From positions 64,001 through 128,000 of the forward strand of contig CAWFGE010000012.1 in the NCBI GenBank assembly GCA_963815195.1: DNA of 64,000 nucleotides, written 5' to 3'. This stretch comes from an uncultured Planctomycetaceae bacterium. Lineage in GTDB: Bacteria > Planctomycetota > Planctomycetia > Planctomycetales > Planctomycetaceae. Within the stretch, counting starts at the first letter, position 1. Every line of letters starts with the position of its first letter. Under the pieces are notes generated by a model. The model had not been told where the DNA came from and made no database searches. It was given only the letters and a program-made list of their open reading frames with translations. The position numbers and the translations under genes are program-made. Shown here piece by piece: positions 1 through 12,834 of the stretch.

Positions 1-11
1 AGCGGATCCCC

Positions 12-2002
<1,991 letters not shown>

Positions 2003-2006
<4 letters not shown>

Positions 2007-5000
2007 AGGACCACCAATCTCCGCCGATGGCGACCTATCGGCTGCAATTCAATGCGGGGTTCCGGCTGACGGATGCGCAGGCGCTCGTTCCCTATTTCAG
2101 CCGCCTGGGGATCACGCATTGCTACGCTTCACCGCTGCTCAGGGCGCGGCAGGGAAGCAGCCACGGCTATGACGTGGTGGACCCGGCCACGATCAACCCG
2201 AACCTCGGCGACAAAACCGATCTGGTGGGCTTCGTCTCGACGCTAAGAAACTTCGGGCTGGGGCTTGTGCTCGACATCGTTCCCAACCACATGGCCGCCA
2301 GCATTGAAAACCCGTATTGGCGGGACGTGTTGACGTACGGGCCGAGTTCGCCGTTTGCGAGCTGGTTCGACATCGACTGGCGGATGCCCGACCCGAACAT
2401 GTGGGGCCGGGTGCTCGTGCCCGTGTTGGGCGACGCCCCGCTCCCGCATCCTGGCGGACGATCAAATTCGCCTCGATTGGTCGGACGGCCGGTTTTTGCT
2501 CAGGTATTTCGATCACACGTTTCCCGTCGATCCGGCGACCGTTCCCAGCATTTGCCAATTCGGGCTCGAAGATCTCAGGGAGCGACTGGCCGCGGATCAT
2601 CCGGCCCTCGAGCAAATCCACGGCATTCTCGATTACCTGATGAATCTTCCCAAGTCGGCGACGCGGCTCCGCCGCCACGTCGAGATCGACCGCGAGGAAA
2701 CGGAGCACGAGCTGGCGAGGTTCACGCATCTCGTCGTGCAATCGCCCACGATCCAGCAATGGGCCGAAGAGACCGCAGCCCGATTCGGCGATGGCAAAGC
2801 CGGTCACGCCCGGCTCCGCAAACTTCTGGACGCCCAACCCTACCGCCTGGTCCATTGGCGGGACGCCGCCCGCACGATCAACTATCGCCGGTTCTTCGAC
2901 ATCAACGAGCTGATTTCGGTTCGGCAGGAAGATCCGCAGGTGTTCGAGGACACGCACCTCACGATTCTCCGCTGGGTCGATGAAGGATTGCTCGACGGCC
3001 TTCGGATCGATCACATCGACGGCCTGCGCGATCCGCTGGGCTATCTGGAGCGGTTGATCGAAGCCCTCACGCGCGGCGAGCGGAAGGAGCGGCGGGTTCC
3101 CGTGTTCGTCGAGAAAATTCTCGCCCCCGAAGAAAAGCTGCCCTGCGGCTGGCCGGTTGCGGGCACGACGGGTTACGAGTTTCTCAATCAGTTGGAAGCG
3201 ATCTTCATTTCGCCGGACGGCTTTTCCGCCATTGAGCACGACTATCACCGGTGGATCCGCCGCGGGACGGGTTTTGAGCAAGTCGCCCGCTGGGGCAAAC
3301 GCCGGATTTTGCGGCACGACCTCTCGCCCCAAGTCGGCCGGCTGGCGGATTATCTCTGGCGGTTGGCGGAGCAGCGGCGGCTCGACCCGCCCGCAGTCGC
3401 GGAGGAGTCGCAAGCGGCGGACGCTGTTCCCGATCCGGAGGCCCAGGACGTGCTGGCTCCCGAATACGGCGGCGACGGCTCGTCCACCGCGGTCGCCGGC
3501 CGGCGGGAATTGACCAAGCGCGAACTCTTGGACGCCTTGGTCGAGGTGATGATCGCTTTGCCGGTGTATCGCACGTACGTCGATCGGAACCACGGCATCA
3601 TCAGCGATGCGGACCGGGGTTATTTGGAGACGGCGATTAAAGAAGCCCGCGCCAGCGGAAACGCGACGCCCGAAGCGTTCGACTTTCTCGGCGAAGTGTT
3701 GCTTCTGGAAAATCGCGGGCAGTGCACGGAGCACGAAGTCAGCGAACGCGTGAATTTTATCGAACGCTTTCAACAACTCACCGGCCCCGCCGCCGCCAAG
3801 GGAATCGAAGACACCGCGCTTTATGTCTATGTGCCTTTGGTGTCTTTGAACGAAGTCGGCGGCGAGCCTCGGCTGACGGCGGACGATCCCGTCTCCCGGC
3901 TCCACGAGGCCAACGAAGAGCGGGCGGCGACCTGGCCCCAGACCATGCTCTCCGTCACCACGCACGACACCAAGCGGACCGCGGACGTCCGCGCCGGCTG
4001 GACGTGCTTAGCGAAATGCCCAAATTCTGGGGCGAACTGTGCCGGCGCTGGCGGCGGGCTCATCGCGATTTCGGGTCCGATGTCGGCGGCAAACGCGCCC
4101 CGGAACCGGCGGCGGAATATCTCATCTATCAAACCGTCCTCGGCCTCTGGCCCGCGCCGGATCCCACGCGAGTGAGCGAGTTGCCCGAGGCATCCGCCCT
4201 CGAGGAACTTCACGAGCGGATCGAAGCCTACATGCTGAAAGCCGTCCGCGAAGCAAAAACCCGCACGAGTTGGACGCATCAGAACCGGGAATACGAAGAC
4301 GCCCTCGTTTCGTTCCTGCGCGGCCTGTTTCACCTGGACTATCAGGGAAACAACCCCTTCCTCGCGGAGGTGCAGGAACTGGCGGCCCGCATTGCCCGGC
4401 CGGGATTCTGGAACAGCCTCGCGCGGACGCTCATTCAATTTACGTCGCCCGGGACCCCCGATCTTTATCAAGGCGACGAGCTTTGGAACTTCGCCCTCGT
4501 CGATCCCGACAACCGCCGGCCCGTGGATTATGAAACACGCCAGCGCTTGCTGGACGATGTGATTATGCACATTGAAGCGCCCGAGGAATCGCGGCGGGCC
4601 TTCTTGAAAGACCTCGTGAAATCGCCCGAAGACGGGCGGATCAAACTCCACCTGATCCACACCGTGCTCGCGACGCGGCACAATCATCCCCACTTGTTTT
4701 CGTGCGGACAATACCTGCCCTTGGCGGCCGAGGGCGCGGCAAGCGAACATGTTTTCGCTTTTGCCCGGCTCGGACGAATCGCCCCGGAATGCGAGGTTCC
4801 GGACGAGGCGGCGATTCTCGTCGCGCCCCGACTTCCGGCCGCTCTCATCGCCGACCCTGCACTAGCTCCGGTCGGCGACGACGTCTGGACCGATACCGCG
4901 CTCCGTTTGCCCGATCCGCTTCGCCAGCGGACCTGGCGGTGCGCGTTCACCAGCGAAACCTTCACTTCGGGCACCGAGGGAAACCTGAAAGTCGCCCAAG

Positions 5001-5044
5001 CGCTCTCCTATTTTCCCGCCGCTTTGCTCATCGGCAAACGATAG
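2003..5044 (+). CDS. treY: Malto-oligosyltrehalose synthase TreY; two apparent frameshifts (~2435, ~3995)
   Basis: ATYRLQF, GSSHGYDVVD, DIVPNHM (ORF 1955); INYRRFFDI, GLRIDHIDGL, THDTKR (ORF 2355); PGTPDLYQG, LVDPDNRRPVDY (ORF 3722); ATGA overlap with glgX stop. Confidence 0.92.
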
Positions 5045-5076
5045 CCTGCCCGCGGCCGCGGGTGTTGCAACGGCTC

Positions 5077-5142
5077 GGGTGGCACGCCCTGAGGAACGAA
5101 GGGCGTGGTCGCTGCGCTTCGATGCGCTCAGGGTCGTGCCAC
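5077..5142. repeat. REP-like imperfect palindrome after treY
   Basis: GTGGCACGCCCTGAG ... CTCAGGGTCGTGCCAC inverted arms. Confidence 0.65.
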
Positions 5143-5148
5143 TCTCTT

Positions 5149-5163
5149 TGGCATGGCGTTTGC
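5149..5163 (+). promoter_or_regulatory. Putative sigma-54 (-24/-12) promoter
   Basis: TGGCATGGCGTTTGC fits TGGCAC-N5-TTGC with exact GG-N10-GC spacing, 57 nt upstream of the ATG at 5220. Confidence 0.6.
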
Positions 5164-5219
5164 GTTTTCAAGTTTGTCAAACGAACGCAATTGCCTCCAA
5201 ACCTTATCGCGGGAACGAT

Positions 5220-5951
5220 ATGACCTACCCACCCGATTGGCTCGTGACGCTGGCCTGGATCGCTCTAGGCCTTGGCGGAATCTCTTTCTTATGGATCCTG
5301 GCGGACATCTTCCTCTTGGGGCATCGGCAACACATGGGGATCATGGACGTTGTGTGGCCGGTCACCGGTCTCTATGCCGGTCCGATCGCTCTGGTTTCCT
5401 ACTACACCATCGGCCGGCTGGGAACGCACAAAAAGGTGAAACAGGCCAAAGAACACGATGAAACGCCCCCCAACAAGACCAAACCGTTCTGGCAGATCGT
5501 GGGCGTGGGCGTCACGCATTGCGGCAGCGGCTGCACTCTAGGCGACATCTGCGCGGAATGGACCATGCACTTTGTCACCACCGGGCTGATCGCCGGAACG
5601 GCGGGCGCGTGGATCGTGTTTGTGACCTGGGGCGTGGACTATGTTCTGGCTCTGCTCTTTGGCATCGTGTTTCAATACTTTTCGATCGTCCCCATGCGGA
5701 ATCTCTCCAAAAGCGAAGGACTTAAAGAAGCCTTCAAAGCCGACTTCCTTTCGCTCACCTCCTGGCAAATCGGCATGTATGGTTGGATGGCGATTGCGAT
5801 CTTCGTCCTCTTCGGCCATCACAGCGAAGCCATGAAGAAAACGAGCCCCGTGTTCTGGTTTATGATGCAACTTGCCATGTTCGCCGGCTTTATGACGGCC
5901 TTTCCCGTCAATTGGTGGCTCATCCGCAAAGGGATCAAAGAGGAGATGTAA
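5220..5951 (+). CDS. DUF4396-family membrane protein
   Basis: Multi-TM; QHMGIMDVVWPVTGLY, THCGSGCTLGD, WQIGMYGWM, FWFMMQLAM...PVNWWLIRKGIKEEM. Confidence 0.8.
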   Translation: MTYPPDWLVTLAWIALGLGGISFLWILADIFLLGHRQHMGIMDVVWPVTGLYAGPIALVSYYTIGRLGTHKKVKQAKEHDETPPNKTKPFWQIVGVGVTHCGSGCTLGDICAEWTMHFVTTGLIAGTAGAWIVFVTWGVDYVLALLFGIVFQYFSIVPMRNLSKSEGLKEAFKADFLSLTSWQIGMYGWMAIAIFVLFGHHSEAMKKTSPVFWFMMQLAMFAGFMTAFPVNWWLIRKGIKEEM

Positions 5952-6213
5952 AGAGGCCGACGCGCGACAAATTTCTTCTGGAGAACTCCCTCTCTCCTTT
6001 TTCAAGGTTTTCCCACGCTGTTTTAAGACTTTCCCCCATAGGCAGTGGAAAATGGGAGAGCTAATGTAGGTTCGGAAGGAACAACGCGGCTCATGGCTTT
6101 TGCGCCGCATCCTCTTTCCTTCTTCCGGCTCCACGGTTGCGCAAACGTATCGCTGCACGTAAATGCCCCCGGTGTTTCTCGCGGTCGGTCGTTTGTTGAT
6201 TTGAAGGAACGGC

Positions 6214-6873
6214 ATGAGGCAGAATTTTCCCCGTTGGACGAACGTCGTGGCCAAGGCGGGCCTTCTGGTCGCCGTCCTCGTCGTGGCGCTCGGGATCTGG
6301 GCGGCTTTGCTGTATACGCGATCGTCTTATGGATCGGGCGTCGGGTTTCGGCCCGTGCAACCGGTGCCTTTCAGCCATCAGCACCACGTCGGCGTGTTGG
6401 GAATCGATTGCCGCTATTGCCATCAACATGTGGAAGACTCCGGTTTCGCCGGGATTCCTCCCACCAAGACCTGCATGAACTGCCATTCGCAAATCTGGGT
6501 CGGCAGCGAGATGCTGAAGCCCGTCCGCGACAGCTATCACACGGGCGAAAGCCTGAGATGGAGGCGCGTCAACAACTTGCCGGGCTTTGTGTATTTCGAT
6601 CACAGCATCCACGTGCAGAAAGGCGTCGGGTGCGCTTCCTGCCACGGGGAAATTCAGAAGATGCCTTTCACGTTCCAGGCCAAATCCCTGTTGATGGAAT
6701 GGTGCCTCGATTGCCATCGCCATCCGGAAAAGCATCTCCGCCCGCGCGAGGAAGTATTCAACATGGCCTACGAACCGCCGGAGAATCAGATCGAACTGGG
6801 ACAGCGCTTGATGAAGGAATACGAGATTCACGACTCGCATTACATGACCAGTTGCACCAGGTGCCATCGATGA
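6214..6873 (+). CDS. actA: Alternative complex III pentaheme cytochrome c subunit ActA
   Basis: N-terminal TM, QPVPFSHQHH, five CxxCH motifs (CRYCH, CMNCH, CASCH, CLDCH, CTRCH). Confidence 0.9.
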   Translation: MRQNFPRWTNVVAKAGLLVAVLVVALGIWAALLYTRSSYGSGVGFRPVQPVPFSHQHHVGVLGIDCRYCHQHVEDSGFAGIPPTKTCMNCHSQIWVGSEMLKPVRDSYHTGESLRWRRVNNLPGFVYFDHSIHVQKGVGCASCHGEIQKMPFTFQAKSLLMEWCLDCHRHPEKHLRPREEVFNMAYEPPENQIELGQRLMKEYEIHDSHYMTSCTRCHR

Positions 6874-9800
6874 ACGACCGCAAAGATCTGTCGCCGCGAC
6901 TGGAGCAACTGGACCGGACGCTCCAAGACGCTCGCGGGAAGAAGTTCTGGCGATCGCTGGAGGAACTGTCCGGCTCGGCGGAATTTCAGGACTTGATGAA
7001 GCAGGAGTTTCCGCAGCAAGCCGACGTGTGGGCGGATTCGCTCAGCCGCCGCCGGTTTCTGAGCTTGATGGGGGCCTCGCTGGCGCTCGCCGGCTTAAGC
7101 GGTTGCTCGGTGAAGCCGGCCCCGATGAAGGAAATCGTGCCCTACGTGCACTCGCCGCGGGAAATGAAGCCGGGCCGTCCCTTGTACTTTGCCACCGCGA
7201 TGCCGTCGAGCCGCGGCGCGGTGGGACTCCTCGTGGAAAGCCACATGGGCCGGCCCACGAAGATCGAAGGCAACCCCGATCACCCGGCGAGCCTGGGGGC
7301 CACGAGCATCTATCACCAGGCCTCGGTGCTGGGGCTTTATGATCCGGACCGTTCGCAATCGGCGACCTATCTCGGACGGACGCAAACGCAAACCGAGGCG
7401 CTCGCCGCGCTCCGCGGGGAACTGAAAAAACAAAACAAATCGGACGGGGCGGGGCTTCGCATCTTGAGCGAGCCGATCAATTCCCCCACCGTGGCCGCCG
7501 AGAGGCAGAAGGTGCAGAAGGCCTATCCGAAAGCCGATTGGCTGACCTATGAGCCGATCCATCGGGACGAGAGTCATCGAGCCGCCCGGACAGCGTTCGG
7601 CGAGGATGTCAACACCTATTACGAATTGAAAGACGCCGACGTGGTCGTGTCGCTGGGCGCGGATTTCTCGCGCACGGTCCGGGGTTCATCAAGTACGCCC
7701 GCGAGTTTATGTCCCGCCGGCGCGTTCGCACGACCAAGGAAAACGCCTCGGAAGCGAAGATGAACCAGCTTTACGTTGTCGAGACGACGGTGTCTCCCAC
7801 CGGTGCCAAAGCGGATCATCGCCTGGCGGTCCCGGCGCATCAGATGGAAGCCGTCGCCCGGGAGTTGGCGGGACAACTCGGCGTCGCCGGCGCGTCTCAA
7901 AGTGCGGGAACGCTCAAGGACCAACACGCGAAATGGCTCTCCGTGCTCGCGGAGGCTTTGAAGAAACACCGCGGGCGGTGTGTGGTGATCGCCGGCTCCG
8001 ACCAACCCTGGCAGGTCCAGGTGTTGGCCCATGCCATGAACGCGTCTCTCGGAAACATGGGCAAGACCGTGTTTCATACACAGCCCATTGCGATCGCCAG
8101 CCAGGAGAGCGACCAATCCCTCATAAAGCTCGCCAAAGACATGCAGGCCGGCCGGGTGAAATGTTTGATCCTTCTCGCCACGAATCCGGTCTATTCCGCG
8201 CCGGCGGACATCGACTTCCTCAAGGCGATGCAGAAAGTCCCGTTCCGTCTGCACGTCGGGCTCTATCAGGATGAAACGGCCCGCGAGTGCCATTGGCATT
8301 TGCCCTTGGCTCACTATTTGGAGTCTTGGGAAGACGCCCGCGCGTTCGACGGGACGACCTCGCTGATTCAACCTTTGATTGAACCGCTTTATGACAACAT
8401 CTCGCTCGTGGAGATCGCGCGGTTTCTGACGGCCCAAATCGAAACGCCGGGCCGGGAAATTGTTCGCGAGTATTGGCAAAACCAATTTCAACAAGGGGGA
8501 TCCGAAACCGAGGAAGCCAACGGCGAGCAGAACCCGCCTGACGAAGGCTTCGAGAACTTTGACGCCTACTGGGAAACCGCCTTGCACGATGGGCTGGTCC
8601 GCGGAGTCCGCGAGCGGGAGTTTCCGCCGAAAGACCTTCCAATGCAGGAAGGCTGGCAGCAGAAGCTCGATACCGACAATCCGCCTGCCAAAGTCGGCGG
8701 AGAATATGAAATCGTGTTTCGTCCCGATCCGAGCATCTACGATGGATCGTTCGCGAACAACGGCTGGCTGCAAGAGCTGCCCAAGCCGCTCACGAAACTG
8801 ACGTGGGACAACGCCGCGATTATGAGCCCCGCCACCGCGGACAAGCTCGGCGTGGAATTCGGCAGCTTCGCCCACGGCGGCGAGCACGGCGGCTACGTGA
8901 TGCCCGTGGTGGAGTTGGAACTCGAAGGCCGCACCGTCAACGCCCCGGCTTGGATCATGCCCGGCCATGCGGACGACTCGATCACCGTGTGGCTCGGATA
9001 CGGCCGCACCGCCGCCGGCCGCGTGGGAGGCGACGGCGAGCACTCCGTCGGCTTCAATGCCTATCGCCTGCGGACGACCACGCACCCCTGGTTTGCCCGC
9101 GGGCTCAAAGTTCGCCGCACCGGCGACACCTACCTCCTCGCCTGCACTCAGCATCACCACTCGATGGAAGAACGCCACGCCGTCCGCGCGGAAACGCTGG
9201 CCGCTTACAAACACGATCCCGAGTTCGTCAAAAAGCCGCTGGAACAGGATGAGGGGCCGAAGAAACTTCGCGCCGAACCGCCCTTGACCTTTTATGACAA
9301 ACAGGACTTCCCCTACGATCCGCCTTTGCACAAGTGGGGCATGGCGATTGATCTGACGGCGTGCGTGGGCTGCAACGCCTGCATCGTCGCTTGCCAGTCG
9401 GAAAACAACATTCCCGTCGTCGGCAAGGAGCAGGTCGCGATGGGCCGGGAAATGCACTGGATCCGCGTGGACCGCTATATCAGCGGGACTTGGGAAAACC
9501 CGGAAGAGTTTTACTTCCAGCCCCTGCCCTGCATGCACTGCGAACAAGCCCCGTGCGAATATGTTTGCCCCGTCGAGGCGACCGTGCATAGTGCCGAAGG
9601 CCTCAACGACATGATCTACAACCGCTGCGTGGGCACGCGGTTCTGCTCCAACAACTGCCCCTATAAAGTCCGGCGGTTCAACTTTCTCGACTTTGCCGAC
9701 TTCGAGAATCAAACTCGCCAGTTGCAATATAACCCCGATGTCACCGTCCGCTCGCGGGGCGTGATGGAAAAGTGCAGCTACTGCGTGCAGCGGCTGAGGC

Positions 9801-10057
9801 ATGCCGAGATCGGCTCGCAGCGGGAAGGCCGCCCCCTCAAAGATGGCGAAGTCCTCACCGCCTGCCAGGCCGTTTGCCCCGCGGAGGCCATTTCCTTTGG
9901 CGACATGAATCAAGAAGAAAACCAGGTCTCCCGGTGGAAGGCCGCGCCGTTGAATTATGGTCTGCTGGAAGAATTGAACACGGAACCTCGAACGACCTAT
10001 CTGGGGGCGCTCCGGAATCCGAACGAACAACTCGAAGGGGGCAAGCATGACACCTGA
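6870..10057 (+). CDS. actB: Alternative complex III subunit ActB (Tat lipoprotein, molybdopterin-oxidoreductase-like domain plus Fe-S domain); apparent frameshift ~7670
   Basis: FWRSLEEL, SRRRFLSLMGASLALAGLSGC, GRPTKIEGNPDHP; Fe-S motifs CVGCNACIVAC, CMHCEQAPCEYVCP, CVGTRFCSNNCP, CSYC...CQAVCP. Confidence 0.9.
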
Positions 10058-11483
10058 GAGCGGCAAGCCCCAACCGGATTCCAGCGGAGGCGAAGTCGTG
10101 ACGCGGGAACGGTACGTTCCCGCACAACACACCTGCACTTCGATCACGCGGGAAATCAGCGAAATCGTTTTGGAACGCCCGACGCAGCGCGGCTGGTACA
10201 TCGCCTTCGGCATCGCGCTTCTCTTTTTGGTGACATTCCTCGCGGTCGTGGTTTATTTGCTTGTGATGGGCGTCGGCATTTGGGGGATTAACATTCCCGT
10301 CGCCTGGTGCTTTGCGATCACCAGCTTTGTGTGGTGGGTCGGGATCGGACATGCCGGCACGCTGATCTCGGCGATTTTGCTTTTGATGCACCAAAAATGG
10401 CGGACGTCGATCAACCGCATCGCCGAGGCCATGACGATCTTCGCCGTGATGTGCGCGGGGATGTTTCCGCTCTTGCATCTCGGCCGGCCGTGGTTCTTTT
10501 ATTGGCTGCTCCCCTATACCAACACGATGGGCCTTTGGCCTCAGTTCCGCAGCGCCCTCGTCTGGGACGTGTTCGCGGTCGGGACCTACTTTACCGTCTC
10601 GCTGATTTTCTGGTACGTCGGCATGGTTCCCGATCTGGCCACCTTGCGGGACCGCGCTCCCGCGGGCCGGGCGAAGTTCATCTACGGGTTAATGGCGTTG
10701 GGATGGCGGAACTCGGCCCGGCACTGGCATCGCTACGAGTCCACCTATCTGCTCCTCGCGGGACTCGCCACGCCGCTGGTGATCTCTGTGCACTCCGTCG
10801 TGAGTTCCGATTTTGCGATGTCGCTCGAGCCCGGTTGGCACGAAACCGTCTTCCCCCCTTATTTCGTCGCCGGGGCGATCTATTCCGGTTTCGCCATGGT
10901 CCTGGTTTTGTGCATCCCCATCCGGCACTTTTATAACCTCAAGGACTTGATCTCCATCGACCACCTGCAAGTCATGGCCAAGATCCTCCTCGCCACGAGC
11001 TTCTTTACTTCCTACGGCTACTTCAGCGAGCAGTTTATTACGTGGATTTCCGGAGAAACCCCGGACCGCTATGTTTATGCCTATTTGCTGTTCCGGCTGG
11101 ATCTTTACGCCGGCATCACCTGGGTCGTGTTTGGATTGGTGACGCTTTCGCCGCAACTCTTGTGGATCCCGTCTTTGCGCCGCAACGAGAAGGTGCTGTT
11201 CCTGATTTCGACGGGCGTGCTAATTGGAATGTGGCTCGAACGCTACATCATTATGACCACAACGCTCAGCCGCGATTTCCTGCCCTCTTCGTGGGGGTTT
11301 TTCAAGCCGACGATTTACGATTTGTTGACCTATTTCGGATCGATGGGACTGTTTCTTGTCGCGTTCCTGCTGTTCTGCCGGTTTTTGCCCATGATCTCGA
11401 TGGCGGAGATGCGCGGCCTTCTGCCGGCGCGCATGGACATAAGGAAGGGCGGTGAAAAGTGGAATATCAGGTTTACGGATTGA
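10047..11483 (+). CDS. actC: Alternative complex III NrfD/PsrC-like quinol-binding subunit ActC
   Basis: WWVGIGHAGTLISAIL, WRTSINRIAEAMT, HLGRPW, LATPLVISVHSVVSSDFA, GMWLERY. Confidence 0.92.
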   Translation: MTPESGKPQPDSSGGEVVTRERYVPAQHTCTSITREISEIVLERPTQRGWYIAFGIALLFLVTFLAVVVYLLVMGVGIWGINIPVAWCFAITSFVWWVGIGHAGTLISAILLLMHQKWRTSINRIAEAMTIFAVMCAGMFPLLHLGRPWFFYWLLPYTNTMGLWPQFRSALVWDVFAVGTYFTVSLIFWYVGMVPDLATLRDRAPAGRAKFIYGLMALGWRNSARHWHRYESTYLLLAGLATPLVISVHSVVSSDFAMSLEPGWHETVFPPYFVAGAIYSGFAMVLVLCIPIRHFYNLKDLISIDHLQVMAKILLATSFFTSYGYFSEQFITWISGETPDRYVYAYLLFRLDLYAGITWVVFGLVTLSPQLLWIPSLRRNEKVLFLISTGVLIGMWLERYIIMTTTLSRDFLPSSWGFFKPTIYDLLTYFGSMGLFLVAFLLFCRFLPMISMAEMRGLLPARMDIRKGGEKWNIRFTD

Positions 11484-12046
11484 TGGCGGAATATGAAACG
11501 CCCGATGCCATCCTCGCGGCGGCGAAAAAAGCCTACGAGGCCGGCTATCGCCAGATGGACGGCTACAGCCCCTATCCCGTGGAAGGCCTTTCTCAAGCGC
11601 TCGGGCATTCGCACACCCGCATCCCTTCGATTGTCTTGATCGGGGCCGTTGTCGGCGCGGCGGCGGGGTTCTTCATGCAATATTATGCGATGGCGGTCGA
11701 TTATCCGTTCAACTCCGGCGGCCGGCCCTTGAACAGTTGGCCGGCCTTTGTTCCGGTGATGTTTGAGGCGATGGTGCTCGTGGCTTCCTTCGCGGCCGTG
11801 TTCGGTTTGCTGTTCTTAAACGGGCTGCCGCATTTGAATCATCCGGTCATGAGCGTGGAAGAATTTGCCCGCGCGAGCCAGGACCGGTTCTTCCTGTGCA
11901 TCGAAGCCGTTGACCCCAATTTCCACCTCGTGGAGACGGCGAATTTTCTGATCACGACCGAACCCTTGGGCAACGTGCTGGAAGTGCCTTTGGAGGAAAG
12001 CTCCGAAGAGCAGCCCTCCGTGCCCGTCAAGATGCTCACAAAATAA
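11459..12046 (+). CDS. actD: Alternative complex III subunit ActD (DUF3341)
   Basis: GLMAEY, YSPYPVEGL, GGRPLNSWPAFVPVMFE, ASQDRFFLCIEA; operon position. Confidence 0.88.
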   Translation: MEYQVYGLMAEYETPDAILAAAKKAYEAGYRQMDGYSPYPVEGLSQALGHSHTRIPSIVLIGAVVGAAAGFFMQYYAMAVDYPFNSGGRPLNSWPAFVPVMFEAMVLVASFAAVFGLLFLNGLPHLNHPVMSVEEFARASQDRFFLCIEAVDPNFHLVETANFLITTEPLGNVLEVPLEESSEEQPSVPVKMLTK

Positions 12047-12066
12047 TCCCGTTGAGAATCGCGATC

Positions 12067-12834
12067 ATGTCCTGCCACCCCAACAACGCGAGGCGGACCG
12101 GCAAGCACCGCTTCCAGTGCATTGCTCTCGCGACCGGCGTGTTCGTTGTGCTGGGTGCTTGTCTTGGATGCCAACAGAAGATGGCCGATCAGCCGAGCCT
12201 CGCCCCGCTTGAATCGTCCGAGTTTTTCGGGGACGGCCGCGCTTCGCGGGACTTGGTGGAAGGCACTGTGCCGCGGGGCCATCTGCGGACCGATGCGCAT
12301 CTTTATACGGGCCGAGTCGCGGAGAATGCATCCGGCACACAACAAGGAAATCAACAGAACCAGAACAACCAGAACCAGAACAATCAAGACAAAGAGAATA
12401 ACAACCAGAACAATCAAACCGCTGCACAGAAAATGTTTGCCCGGCCCGCGTTTGTCGACACGTTTCCGTTCCCCATCACGAAGGAGATCCTCACGCTCGG
12501 GTATCACCGCTATATGATTTATTGCGTCGTCTGCCACGATCCCCTGGGAACCGGGCGGGGCACGATCGTCGAACGCGGTTACACGCAGCCGCCTTCCTAT
12601 CACATCGAGCGGCTGCGGAAGGTGCCCCCCGGACATCTTTTCGCCGTCATCAGCGAAGGCTACGGCTCGATGCCTTCCTACGGCGACCAGATCCCGCCAC
12701 ACGACCGCTGGGCGATTGCCGCTTATGTCCGGGCTTTGCAGTTGAGCCAGCATTTCCCCAAGGACCAGTTGACGCCCGATATGCAGTCCGAATGGAACAA
12801 AACCCAGGCCCGACAGAAGGAGGAAGGAAAATGA
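12067..12834 (+). CDS. actE: Alternative complex III monoheme cytochrome c lipoprotein ActE
   Basis: Lipobox LGC followed by QQKMADQP, CVVCH heme motif, GYGSMPSY, DRWAIAAYVRALQLSQ. Confidence 0.88.
   Translation: MSCHPNNARRTGKHRFQCIALATGVFVVLGACLGCQQKMADQPSLAPLESSEFFGDGRASRDLVEGTVPRGHLRTDAHLYTGRVAENASGTQQGNQQNQNNQNQNNQDKENNNQNNQTAAQKMFARPAFVDTFPFPITKEILTLGYHRYMIYCVVCHDPLGTGRGTIVERGYTQPPSYHIERLRKVPPGHLFAVISEGYGSMPSYGDQIPPHDRWAIAAYVRALQLSQHFPKDQLTPDMQSEWNKTQARQKEEGK

Noticed and set aside
7619..10213. Long antisense ORFs (also 2193-3965, 26026-28902, 49505-51289, 51711-53516)
   Set aside because: Shadow frames opposite well-supported genes in high-GC DNA, with no recognisable motifs
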